Assembly: GCA_028865725.1 (NCBI GenBank)
Contig: JAGWJP010000001.1
Location: 294,568 to 358,567 of the forward strand
Direction of reading: 5' to 3'
Source: Patescibacteria group bacterium
GTDB lineage: Bacteria; Patescibacteriota; Minisyncoccia; UBA6257; JACRHW01
Length of the DNA: 64,000 nt
Part shown: positions 55,746-64,000 of the stretch, piece after piece
How positions within the stretch are numbered: the stretch's first letter is position 1
Layout of the letters: each line of letters begins with the position of its first letter
Translations under genes and position numbers: made by a program
Notes under the pieces: generated by a model
Told to the model about the DNA's origin: nothing
The model's input: the letters and a program-made list of their open reading frames with translations, nothing else
Databases searched by the model: none

Positions 55746-56891
55746 ATGATGGAGTTTTCTGTTGTAAAACGTTCAAAGAAAACAAAAGCGCGTGTTGGTA
55801 TTCTCATGACATCGCATGGCGAGATTGAGACACCGGCGTTTGTTCCTGTGGCGACCCAGGCTACTATTAAAGCGCTTACCATAGAGGAAACAGCGCGGAC
55901 GGAAAGCCAGCTTTTGATTGCAAATACGTTTCATCTTCATCTGAAACCTGGTGAGGCGCTCGTAAAACGCATGGGCGGTCTCCACGCATTTATGAATTGG
56001 AAGAGACCATTGATGACGGATTCTGGTGGATTTCAGGTGTTTAGCTTGGGGTTTGGCCGTGACATGCAGGTTGGAAAGGTGCTCAAATTTTTTCCAGGAA
56101 GCCATACGGAATTTCTGCACCCCTCCGCACAGCCGCAATCGGTGAAAATCACATCTGATGGTGTTTTTTTTCGATCTCCTTTGGATGGCAAGGAATTGTT
56201 TTTGGGTCCGAAAGAATCCATGAAGATTCAGGCAACGCTTGGCGCGGATATGATATTTGCTTTTGATGAGTGCACTTCACCGCTTGCCACCCATGCGTAT
56301 ATCAAAGAATCACTTGCACGGACACATGCATGGGAAACACAATGTCTTGCGCTCAAGAAACGTGATCAAGCATTGTTTGGTATTGTGCAGGGGTCTCGTT
56401 TTAAAGATTTGCGTGTAGAAAGTGCTGCATTTATCGGCGGTCTTCCATTTGATGGATTTGGTATTGGAGGCGATCTTGGCGCTTCCAAAAAAACTATGCA
56501 GGATATCTTGCATTGGACCATGCCGCACTTGCCGGAAGGGAAACCTCGGCACTTGCTTGGTATCGGTTATCTTGAAGATATGGAGATGGTTGTGAAATCG
56601 GGTATTGATACGTTTGACTGTATTGTGCCGACACATTACGCGCGGCACGGTGTTGCGTTTACTCATGCGGGAAAACTGAGTATTGCAAAGCCTGTGTTTG
56701 CGCGCGACAAAAAACCGCTTGATCCTACCTGTGCATGCGAAGTATGCCAACATCATTCGCGAAGCTATATCAGCCACCTCTATCGCGCGAAAGAAATTGC
56801 GGCGTCGGAGTATCTTACGTTTCACAATCTTTTTTATTTCAATACGTTCGTCGCTGCAATCAGAAAAAAAATCAAAACCGGCGTATTGTAG
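55746..56891 (+). CDS. tgt: queuine tRNA-ribosyltransferase
   Basis: 381 aa. DSGGFQVFSL carries the nucleophile Asp. The zinc site is CACEVCQHHSRSYISHL. The fold is a TIM barrel. Confidence 0.85.
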   Translation: MMEFSVVKRSKKTKARVGILMTSHGEIETPAFVPVATQATIKALTIEETARTESQLLIANTFHLHLKPGEALVKRMGGLHAFMNWKRPLMTDSGGFQVFSLGFGRDMQVGKVLKFFPGSHTEFLHPSAQPQSVKITSDGVFFRSPLDGKELFLGPKESMKIQATLGADMIFAFDECTSPLATHAYIKESLARTHAWETQCLALKKRDQALFGIVQGSRFKDLRVESAAFIGGLPFDGFGIGGDLGASKKTMQDILHWTMPHLPEGKPRHLLGIGYLEDMEMVVKSGIDTFDCIVPTHYARHGVAFTHAGKLSIAKPVFARDKKPLDPTCACEVCQHHSRSYISHLYRAKEIAASEYLTFHNLFYFNTFVAAIRKKIKTGVL

Positions 56892-56920
56892 ATCCATTTA
56901 AAAGCGTTTGCTAATTTAAA

Positions 56921-56946
56921 AACCCACGTTGCGGTGGGTTTTTTGA
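56921..56946. terminator. bidirectional terminator between convergent tgt and methyltransferase genes
   Basis: AAACCCAC-GTTGCG-GTGGGTTT flanked by A-run and T-run. Confidence 0.55.
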
Positions 56947-56948
56947 AA

Positions 56949-57896
56949 CTATTGTGCCTGCCAGGTGTGACGAAAAAGTTGCATGGGGGGCGGATTGCCA
57001 TTTTTGCTTCTAAATTGCCAGTTCCAGGATTCAGTAATGAAAATGCTTATAAATCCTTTTACAGTAACCGATGGTGATTTTGTAAAAGAATGTGCAATCG
57101 ATTTCCACATTTTTGGAGAAGAAAGAAATGCCTTTCGCAATCTTCGCAGCCACTCTTCTGAAGTGAGACGATAGTCTTCTGTACCATCAATTGTACTTGT
57201 GGGAACAAAGAGTGGTTTTGCATTTTTTTCGAGTTGTCCTCGAGAAGGGTAGAACGCGAAATTTTGCATAAGAAGCGCACAATGGAATTCGGAAGATCCC
57301 CAGGGAAGGAGAAACGGATTTCGGATCAAGGCCTTTGGATTAATAGAGGTTCCTCGAAAATGGATTATCGTTGTTGTGAATCTTCGCGCGGAAGAATGTG
57401 GATCGAGAAGACGGTGGCTAATTTCAAACAATTCTTGGTAAATCAAATCTTGCCCCCCTTTCAAAGCATCCTGTGCATTTACAAAGTGTTCCACAGAGCC
57501 ATTCGCAATAATACCGTCAAATTTGCCATTCCAATTTTGTGGAATATCTCGATAATTCATTACCCGTACATCAAGTCCCTTTGCTTGACATCTCTGTGCT
57601 TGTGCGGGAGAAAGAGTAAGACCGATCCCCTGTGCACCCCGTTTCCTTGCTTCTTCGAGCAACGTTCCCGCGCCACATCCGATATCAAGGATCCTTGATC
57701 CAGGACCGCACTTGATTTCATCGAGAAGATAATTAAGTTGATTGCTTTGAGCTATCTCATAGGGTATCGTTGGATCTCCAAAATACATGCCGTCCGTGTA
57801 GTCCTCCAGACCTGATTCTGTAAATGGAGTATCGAGTGCGTCATAACCGTTCGCAACTGCAATAATATTTGTTTGAGGCAATGTAGGCATGTTCAT
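56949..57896 (-). CDS. class I SAM-dependent methyltransferase with N-terminal extra domain
   Basis: 315 aa. Motif I is ILDIGCGAGTLLEEARKRG. The post-I acidic residue (GLTLS) and motif II (DGIIANGSVEHF) are present. Confidence 0.7.
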   Translation of the reverse strand: MNMPTLPQTNIIAVANGYDALDTPFTESGLEDYTDGMYFGDPTIPYEIAQSNQLNYLLDEIKCGPGSRILDIGCGAGTLLEEARKRGAQGIGLTLSPAQAQRCQAKGLDVRVMNYRDIPQNWNGKFDGIIANGSVEHFVNAQDALKGGQDLIYQELFEISHRLLDPHSSARRFTTTIIHFRGTSINPKALIRNPFLLPWGSSEFHCALLMQNFAFYPSRGQLEKNAKPLFVPTSTIDGTEDYRLTSEEWLRRLRKAFLSSPKMWKSIAHSFTKSPSVTVKGFISIFITESWNWQFRSKNGNPPPMQLFRHTWQAQ

Positions 57897-58023
57897 TCAC
57901 TCCTCATTCAATGACCTGGTCCGATGCTAACATAGACGGCTTTTTTTTTGCAAGATTATGGAGAACGTAGTTTTTAAAAGGGTATGATAAAATAAGGGTT
58001 ATTATGTATAGTATCAATCGAGT

Positions 58024-58728
58024 ATGCAAGCAGTTATCTTAGCGGGAGGTGAGGGAAGGCGGTTAAGGCCGCTTACGAACGATATCCCCAAACCGATGGT
58101 GCATATTGCGGGAAAACCTATCCTTGAATACACAATTCGCGCGCTCCCCAAAGAGGTGAGTGAAGTGGTGTTGGTAGTAGGGTATAAGCGCGATGTGATT
58201 AAAACGCATTTTGGGACTATGTTTGACGGACGGCACATCGTCTATATCGAACAGGATGCGCCAAAAGGAACGGGGCATGCATTGAATCTTGTACATCCTG
58301 TCTTGCGTGGAAATGAATTTTTCCTGCTCTATGCCGATGATCTGTATGATCCCTACGATATCGCCCAATGTCTCAAGCAAACTCCATCACTTTTAGTGAA
58401 AGAAACTTCAAACCCAGAGCGATTTGGCGTATGTACTATTGACGGCGATAACCGACTTCTTGCGCTTTATGAAAAGGTTTCAAATCCGCCGAGCAATCTT
58501 GCGCTTATTGGCGTGCATGTGTTAAATCACGAAATCTTTGATATCGAGGAGGTTTATACGCCAAATGGAGAGAGTAATTTATCAGGACGTATTGGCGTAT
58601 GGGCAAAGACAAGGTCCATACATGTCGTAAAAGCTGGCTTTTGGCATCCGATTGGTTATCCGGAGGATGTTCAAGCCGCCGAACAGCTTGATCTCTCCAC
58701 CCATCCATGCAATAGTGCGAATAATTGA
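58024..58728 (+). CDS. sugar-phosphate nucleotidyltransferase (NTP_transferase family)
   Basis: 234 aa. MQAVILAGGEGRRLRPLT is the G-x-G-x-R-L signature. YADDLYD and a GlmU/RmlA-like fold. Confidence 0.7.
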   Translation: MQAVILAGGEGRRLRPLTNDIPKPMVHIAGKPILEYTIRALPKEVSEVVLVVGYKRDVIKTHFGTMFDGRHIVYIEQDAPKGTGHALNLVHPVLRGNEFFLLYADDLYDPYDIAQCLKQTPSLLVKETSNPERFGVCTIDGDNRLLALYEKVSNPPSNLALIGVHVLNHEIFDIEEVYTPNGESNLSGRIGVWAKTRSIHVVKAGFWHPIGYPEDVQAAEQLDLSTHPCNSANN

Positions 58729-58763
58729 TATTTCCCTATAACCACAGGCCCCGCCATCAAGGC

Positions 58764-58813
58764 TTGACAATATATGTTGATATGATATAATTGCATCATC
58801 AAAGAAAGGAGGG
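58764..58813 (+). promoter_or_regulatory. near-consensus sigma-70 promoter with extended -10 plus consensus Shine-Dalgarno
   Basis: TTGACA (58764-58769), 16-bp spacer, then TGATATAAT (TGn + TATAAT, 58783-58791). AAAGGAGG at about 58805-58812 lies 7 nt before the ATG at 58821. Confidence 0.5.
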
Positions 58814-58820
58814 TTTTCTT

Positions 58821-59084
58821 ATGAAACCCTGCGTCAAATGTGGCCACCCCGTCGGAAACGGCGGGGAGCGGCACAAGAAGGGGACGTGCCCGCCACCCCG
58901 GCCCGCCTACCTCTCCCCCGAGGGGAAGGCGGAGCGGCAGGATGCCGATCGCGCGCGTCGGCGCGCGAAGAATCGCGCTCGGCGGGCCGCGGCGGACGTT
59001 CCTGTCCGCGGGGCGCCCGTGAAGGGGACGTCTGGGAGCGGCGCGAAGAGCAAGCGCCGCGCCGCCGCGGGTCCGGGCACCTAG
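58821..59084 (+). CDS. GC-rich ORF encoding 87-aa Arg/Ala/Gly/Pro-rich basic protein with N-terminal C-x2-C...C segment
   Basis: The product is MKPCVKCGHPVGNGGERHKKGTCPPPRPAYLSPEGKAERQDADRARRRAKNRARRAAADVPVRGAPVKGTSGSGAKSKRRAAAGPGT. Its G+C and GC3 are far above every other gene in the window. This frame alone has RBS+ATG. Four other frames also stay open across the island, which is typical of high-GC DNA. Confidence 0.45.
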   Translation: MKPCVKCGHPVGNGGERHKKGTCPPPRPAYLSPEGKAERQDADRARRRAKNRARRAAADVPVRGAPVKGTSGSGAKSKRRAAAGPGT

Positions 59085-59100
59085 TAGGGCCTGGACCCAA

Positions 59101-59133
59101 AAAGCTGTGAGCATCGTCTCGCAGCTTTTTTTC
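59101..59133 (+). terminator. rho-independent terminator
   Basis: AAGCTG-T-GAG-CATCGT-CTC-G-CAGCTT followed by TTTTTTTC, immediately after the GC-rich ORF. Confidence 0.55.
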
Positions 59134-59174
59134 TTGTTCCTGAAGAATATGAACCTTGTATATTATTTTGTACC

Positions 59175-60578
59175 TTATGATCTGGCAGGGAAATCGAAAT
59201 TAATCGAAAAAAGAGTGTTGCCGACCGTGTAATACATCGTGTTGCCTGCACTGTACATACTATAGTTTATATTTGCGGCAAGTTTGGTAATGCCAAGCGG
59301 CATCCGGTTATCCGTATCTAAAAAATAGAGTGTGTGATTCACTGTGGTTCCAAAAAGATGGGCACTATCCTCATACCACGCGAAAGATGAAAATGTCGGT
59401 CCAAATAAGAGCGTGTCAATTTCTTGAGGGGTTTTTCGTAGTTCCTCGTCGGCCTCAATCCAATAAAGTGTAGGAATGCCTTGTTTAAGATAGGCTATTT
59501 TTTTCGAATCGGGAGAGAAGGAGGGAGAAGAAACGTCTGTATCGACAAGAGAAAGCGTAGTCGATGCGGAAGTACCAAGGTAGAGCTTGTCGTGTGTCGT
59601 ATCGTATGCCGCAACCGTGTTCTCATCAGGGCTCATAAGGAGCGTCCAATGCGTATGTGGAGATGAGGCAAGCGCATCAAACGGCGCAAAGGAGGTCGGT
59701 ACAGGATTTTTGGTAATAAGATTTTCAGAGTAGAGTCTTCCATTCGCATCAAAATAGTAAAGAGAAGAGCGAGTGACTGCAAGTGTCACAGGATCTGTTG
59801 AGGCAAGAAGAGTTGATATCTCGGCACGCGGATCAAACGCAAATATTCCTGATGAGGTGTGAATAATTAATTTAGGTTCGAACGGGTGCGGATATATGGC
59901 ATGGATGATGAGCGTGCTCGGCACATCAAATCCTTTAAGTGAGTGCTTAAATATGGTTTGTATGTTTGTGGCCCCTCGCGTATCAATGAGGAGCGGAGCG
60001 TTTTGCGTGGCGCTTTCATACCAAAACGAATTATTATCAGAGAGCCACGCAAATCCTGTTGCTGCATGTTCTTTTATAGAATAGAGAGCAGATTTATGTG
60101 CTAAGTCATAGGAAATGATAGTATGTTTTATTGTGTCCGCATAGGCGATGCGTGTCGCATCAGGGGAGAGTGAGAGTGAGGCGAGCGATGAAGAAGCGGT
60201 AAATATCCTAGTGGGAGTTAGAGGATCAGGAAGCAGCATTACTTCTTTAAAGGAGGTAACAAGATTAGGGAGCACAGTAAATTCTTTTTTCCATGATACG
60301 TAGTGATCTTTGGTAATATCGAGCGTGTAGGAACCCGGGGTAAGTCCTGATACAAAAAGTTCATTTGGTATTGCATAATGTTTGGTGAGGTGTTTTCCTT
60401 CAAGCGTAGCATTATAATTTTGAGTGTTTGTTTTTGCAAAAACACCTCCCACTTTTTCAAGCGTCATTGTTCCAAAATCAACTCGATACCCAATCACAAA
60501 AAGAATAAGTGATACGCCTCCCACGATAAAAAGAGCCACAAGGACCCAAAATAGCACTGAGCGTGTACGACGTGTCAT
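59175..60578 (-). CDS. membrane-anchored beta-propeller protein (PD40/TolB-like repeats)
   Basis: 467 aa with an N-terminal TM (VLFWVLVALFIVGGVSLILFVIG). Repeated SPD-x-x-x-IAY motifs (SPDATRIAY, SPDENTVAAY, SPDSKKIAYL) are typical of PD40 blades. Confidence 0.5.
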   Translation of the reverse strand: MTRRTRSVLFWVLVALFIVGGVSLILFVIGYRVDFGTMTLEKVGGVFAKTNTQNYNATLEGKHLTKHYAIPNELFVSGLTPGSYTLDITKDHYVSWKKEFTVLPNLVTSFKEVMLLPDPLTPTRIFTASSSLASLSLSPDATRIAYADTIKHTIISYDLAHKSALYSIKEHAATGFAWLSDNNSFWYESATQNAPLLIDTRGATNIQTIFKHSLKGFDVPSTLIIHAIYPHPFEPKLIIHTSSGIFAFDPRAEISTLLASTDPVTLAVTRSSLYYFDANGRLYSENLITKNPVPTSFAPFDALASSPHTHWTLLMSPDENTVAAYDTTHDKLYLGTSASTTLSLVDTDVSSPSFSPDSKKIAYLKQGIPTLYWIEADEELRKTPQEIDTLLFGPTFSSFAWYEDSAHLFGTTVNHTLYFLDTDNRMPLGITKLAANINYSMYSAGNTMYYTVGNTLFSINFDFPARS

Positions 60579-60732
60579 AAGCGGCGATGTTCCTTATTTT
60601 ATCTTTTTTTTCCGCGAGAGGTAATATTGACATAATTATAAATACACAGTGTTCTTTATGCGAGAGTGTTTTTCAGATTGTAGAATTTTTTTCTGTGATG
60701 TTGCGTTCGAGAGCTAAAAGAGCTATAACCAA

Positions 60733-60766
60733 GTCAGAATCTAGAATATAGAAAATCTAGAATTTA
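60733..60766. repeat. AATCTAGAA-motif pair upstream of mreB
   Basis: GAATCTAGAATATAGAAAATCTAGAATT: two copies, 16 bp apart, about 60-90 bp upstream of the mreB start. Confidence 0.4.
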
Positions 60767-60827
60767 GGATAAAGAATTTCGCTGTTTGTTTTTCTCGTAT
60801 TTATTTTTTTTCTATCCCATCATTATA

Positions 60828-61838
60828 ATGATTTCTCGCATTGGTATTGATTTAGGCACGGCAAATACGCTTGTGTTTGTCCCGAAGAAGGGCGTGGTGA
60901 TGAACGAGCCTTCTATTGTTGCGCTTGATAACAAAACGCGCGCGGTTTTGGCCGTAGGAAAGGAAGCGAAAGAAATGCTCGGCAGAACTCCTGAGGATAT
61001 TGGCGCCTACCGTCCGCTAAAAGATGGAGTAATCGCGGATTATTATATTACGAAGTCGATGCTGAAATATTTTATTACCAAAGCGACAGGTTTCTCATTT
61101 TTTAAGCCTGAAGTGGTAATCTCTGTGCCCGCAGGGATTACGTCTACCGAACGGCGCGCGGTTATTAGCGCGGCGGAAGAAGCGGGGGCTAAAACGGCGT
61201 ATGTTGTGAAGGAGCCCATTCTTGCCGCGCTTGGTGCGGGTATTCCTATTAATTCTCCGTCGGGTAATATGATTGTGAATATTGGCGGAGGCACGACAGA
61301 GGTGGCCGTTATTTCACTTGGGGGGATTGTGGCTTCCCGCTCGCTCCGTATCGCCGGCAACAAGTGCGATCAGGCGATTGCGGAGTACGTGAAGAAAAAG
61401 TATTCACTTGCAATTGGAGAACAGACGGCGGAAGGAATTAAGATTGAGATTGGGTCGGCCCTGCCCATGAAGGCTAAACTTGAGATGCAGGTGCGCGGAC
61501 GAGATCTGGTGAGCGGATTCCCTCAGGTGATTACCATGAATTCAAATGAAGTGGCATCTGCAATTTCTGATCTGCTTCTTGACGTAATTCGTACCGTGAA
61601 AGATGTTTTTAACGAAACGCCTCCTGAACTTGCTGCTGATGTAATGGACAAAGGGATTGTAGTGAGTGGCGGAGGGGCATTGTTACGTAATATCGATGAA
61701 TACATCAAAAAAATGACGGGCGTGTCCGCGTTTTGTGTCGATAACAGTCTTTTTTCAGTAGTCAATGGCGCCGGAATGGTTATTAATCACCTTGATACGT
61801 ATCAACGTGCTCTGGTAACAAAGCGATTTCATGCCTAA
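60828..61838 (+). CDS. mreB: rod-shape-determining actin homologue MreB
   Basis: IGIDLGTANTLV (phosphate-1), VISVPAGITSTERRAV, the actin-fold ATPase motifs GGGTTEVAVIS and VVSGGGALLRN. The start is preferred at Met 60828 (MISRIGIDLG). Confidence 0.9.
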   Translation: MISRIGIDLGTANTLVFVPKKGVVMNEPSIVALDNKTRAVLAVGKEAKEMLGRTPEDIGAYRPLKDGVIADYYITKSMLKYFITKATGFSFFKPEVVISVPAGITSTERRAVISAAEEAGAKTAYVVKEPILAALGAGIPINSPSGNMIVNIGGGTTEVAVISLGGIVASRSLRIAGNKCDQAIAEYVKKKYSLAIGEQTAEGIKIEIGSALPMKAKLEMQVRGRDLVSGFPQVITMNSNEVASAISDLLLDVIRTVKDVFNETPPELAADVMDKGIVVSGGGALLRNIDEYIKKMTGVSAFCVDNSLFSVVNGAGMVINHLDTYQRALVTKRFHA

Positions 61839-62673
61839 TATAGCAAAAGAATCTACACATATGAATTCAAGTTTGCTTGAATCATTTTTTGTAGGAAATG
61901 AATCCACGCGCACAAAGGCGGAGGAATATCTTTTTGATTCTTCACCGCGCAATATGATTTTGGGAGGATTGAAAGGACTTGGAAAACGAACGTGGGCGGA
62001 AGCCTATTGTAAAGAGAAAAATCTTCCTTGCATTCTGATTCAAACCACACTCTCCATCGATGCTATACGCACCGTATCTTATTTAGCGTCGTTGCGCCAA
62101 AAAGGACGGATAGTGGTAATCCTAGATGACGCGGACACGGCAGAAGAAGCTGCACAACATGCGTTCTTAAAAACATTGGAGGAGGCGCCCTATTTATCGT
62201 TTGTGCTTGTTGCGCATAACCCCGACGCGCTTCTTCCGACCATTCGTTCTCGCGCACCGCTTTTTTATTTTTCTCCCGTATCAGAAGATTTATTGCGTCT
62301 TTTTGTGCAACGTTTTGATATCATGAGTTCCGCTGATCAGGATTTTATTGCCATATATAGCGCAGGGAGGCCAGGCGTTGCCACGCGTATCGCAGAGTCG
62401 CTTGAATCATTGCGCAAGTGGGAGGTGGATTTAAGACATTTTTTTGAACACAAGGACGCAGCACGCATTCAGTTTTTTTATTCTTATCTCCTCCCGTATT
62501 TCCAAGAAGATCCTGAACGTTTGGTCGATATGTGCATTATTATGTTGCAGCGCAGTGCTGCCACTCATAGTGCAGACCAGGTACTAATCAGGCGCCTCTT
62601 AGCGTTTGCTGCCCTACCGCGGTCTTCAGATCGGTCCGTGTTACAGTTTGTAGATATTTTTTGTGTAGCATAA
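61831..62673 (+). CDS. holB: DNA polymerase III delta-prime-like clamp-loader subunit (AAA+ with degenerate Walker A)
   Basis: GGLKGLGKRTWAEAYCK is P-loop-like, with Arg in place of Ser/Thr. HAFLKTLEEAPYLSFVLVAHNPDALLPTIRSRA is the delta-prime box with the TIRSR SRC-like motif. The start could also be Met 61861. Confidence 0.55.
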   Translation: MPNIAKESTHMNSSLLESFFVGNESTRTKAEEYLFDSSPRNMILGGLKGLGKRTWAEAYCKEKNLPCILIQTTLSIDAIRTVSYLASLRQKGRIVVILDDADTAEEAAQHAFLKTLEEAPYLSFVLVAHNPDALLPTIRSRAPLFYFSPVSEDLLRLFVQRFDIMSSADQDFIAIYSAGRPGVATRIAESLESLRKWEVDLRHFFEHKDAARIQFFYSYLLPYFQEDPERLVDMCIIMLQRSAATHSADQVLIRRLLAFAALPRSSDRSVLQFVDIFCVA

Positions 62674-62918
62674 CCTTTCGCCGTCTTTGGGTGGTATTTT
62701 AGATCAGCGTTTTCGTACGTCGCATCATCAACCATCTCGGGATATTCCAGGATTTTTGTTATTTTGACCTATTGAAGAAAGCGAATATAAACGATAGAAT
62801 GAACATGTATCTTGTGAAGGACCTATCGTGAGCCGACTATAGACTGCAGGTATTTTTGTTTTTTTATAACTGGCGTCCTCATACACTAACAGACTAACTA
62901 GCTAATAATCTTAGAGTT

Positions 62919-63458
62919 ATGGATTATATCAAACAATTTGAGTCAACGTTGCAGCATATCGTGGATAATTTTTCTCTTGAAATTCGCGCGTTAAAAGCAG
63001 GGCAGGCATCCCCCGCGTTAATAGAAGATATCGACGTTCCTTGCTATGGAGATCAGGTGATGAAGTTAAAACAAATTGCTGCGATTTCTGTTTCGTCTTC
63101 TCGCGAAATGGTAATTCAGCCATGGGATGCTGCGCTTATCCAGCCTATCGCGAAAGCAGTAAGTGACATCCCTGGGGGTGTGCAAATTACGCCTGACAAA
63201 AATCTTGTACGGATAGTGCTGCCGGTGCTTACTGAAGAGCGAAGGAGGGAGTTTATAAAGTTGGTGAACAAAATGGCAGAGGAGTCGCGTATTAAAATGC
63301 GTCATGCGAGAGATGATATGAATAAGAAAGTGGAAACGATTGCCGCCGAAGATGAGCGTTTTCGCACCAAAGACGGTATCGATGATGCTACAAAACGATT
63401 TCAAAAAGATATTGATCTTGCAGCAGCAAACAAGGAGAAAGAACTTCTTGCTTTCTAG
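62919..63458 (+). CDS. frr: ribosome recycling factor
   Basis: 179 aa. IRALKAGQASPALIEDIDVPCYG, VIQPWDAALIQPIAKAV and the C-terminal KKVETIAAEDERFRTKDGIDDATKRFQKDID are RRF signatures. Confidence 0.9.
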   Translation: MDYIKQFESTLQHIVDNFSLEIRALKAGQASPALIEDIDVPCYGDQVMKLKQIAAISVSSSREMVIQPWDAALIQPIAKAVSDIPGGVQITPDKNLVRIVLPVLTEERRREFIKLVNKMAEESRIKMRHARDDMNKKVETIAAEDERFRTKDGIDDATKRFQKDIDLAAANKEKELLAF

Positions 63459-63616
63459 CAGTGTTCGTAGTCAGTGCGTAGTGATGAGGCATTCATGTAT
63501 TCAATCTTGTTGGAAATTTGCATGTACCTACTTATTAAAAACTTTTCTAAACACTAGGCATTAAGAACTAATTACTTTCGTTGCGCTCATACACCAAAAG
63601 ACTAACAAACTCGATT

Positions 63617-64000
63617 GTGTCTATCATTATTTCTATCCTCATTATTGCGTTTCTTGTATTTATCCATGAGCTGGGTCATTTTTTGGCGGCCAAACGTGCA
63701 GGAGTACTGGTGGAGGAGTTTGGTATTGGGTTTCCTCCTCGTTTGTTTTCTTGGAGGCGGGGAGAGACACTCTATACGCTGAATCTGCTCCCTCTTGGCG
63801 GATTTGTGAAAATTTATGGCGAAGGGAATGAGTTTAAAGACGATCTTAGAAGTTTTGCGTCGCGTTCTATCCTTACGCGCGCGGGTATTGTTTCTGCAGG
63901 AGTTGCAATGAATGCGCTTTTTGGCATGGTGTTGCTTATCATTGCATATAGTATCGGGTTCCCTTCTGTGGTAACCCCAGAGAACAAGGCATTTATTCAT
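63617..64000 (+). CDS. RseP-like site-2 protease (M50 zinc metalloprotease), 5' partial, runs off window
   Basis: Read manually from the + strand; it is absent from the ORF track because no stop falls inside the window. The product starts [30 protein letters not shown]... and carries the HExxH zinc motif at aa 17-21. [15 protein letters not shown] lies downstream. GTG start at about 63617. Confidence 0.6.
   Translation, partial: MSIIISILIIAFLVFIHELGHFLAAKRAGVLVEEFGIGFPPRLFSWRRGETLYTLNLLPLGGFVKIYGEGNEFKDDLRSFASRSILTRAGIVSAGVAMNALFGMVLLIIAYSIGFPSVVTPENKAFIH

Noticed and set aside
58671-59114. Four additional ORFs (58671..59114 -, 58834..59100 -, 58838..59110 +, 58840..59022 +) across the GC-rich block
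   Set aside because: Open frames in every phase are the expected consequence of high GC with few stop codons. Only the 58821 frame has promoter, SD and ATG.

Overview
This 64-kb window is a low-GC, AT-rich stretch of bacterial chromosome, densely coding on both strands and read in the standard genetic code (long ORFs such as UvrA and the 2169-aa protein are intact). The gene content includes several fused or shortened proteins and a giant surface protein. It is consistent with a small-genome, possibly Patescibacteria/CPR-like organism, but that taxonomic call is inference only.

Housekeeping genes recognised:
- A complete F1Fo ATP synthase operon (atpB-E-F-H-A-G-D-C).
- A clustered nucleotide-excision-repair set: uvrB, uvrA, a MutY/Nth-like glycosylase and a short uvrC.
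- mreB, holB-like, frr and the start of an RseP-like site-2 protease.
- tgt, ychF, a tRNA-dihydrouridine synthase and a nicotinamidase.
- A 2-Cys peroxiredoxin, a fused G6PD-6PGDH, a PGI/PMI isomerase and a CdaA-YbbR fusion.

Regulatory and transport genes recognised:
- An ECF sigma factor.
- A MarR-controlled MFS efflux operon with two HlyD-type adaptors.
- A receiver plus PAS-histidine-kinase pair next to a 2169-aa surface protein carrying lamin-tail, CarboxypepD-reg-like, FN3 and peptidoglycan-binding domains.

I found no rRNA, tRNA, CRISPR array, transposase or integrase by eye.

Features most worth follow-up:
1. A roughly 370-bp mini-gene around 58760-59135. Its ORF has a sharply foreign GC-rich composition and GC3-rich codons. 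It sits behind an almost textbook sigma-70 promoter and Shine-Dalgarno, and in front of a rho-independent terminator.
2. An ECF-sigma-linked operon encoding a membrane protein, an exported FMN-binding protein with the SGAT flavinylation motif, and an RnfD/NqrB-like membrane domain fused to an FNR-like NAD(P)H module. A signal-less ApbE flavin transferase lies elsewhere in the window.
3. A secreted protein with six or seven tandem four-Cys/one-His repeats and a long Met/Gln/Pro-rich tail, translationally coupled to a small membrane protein.
4. Several recurrent intergenic DNA words: the 9-mer AATCTAGAA at three loci, and a shared upstream element before pgi/pmi and rseP.
5. Two unannotated small genes, each with its own promoter/RBS and terminator signals.
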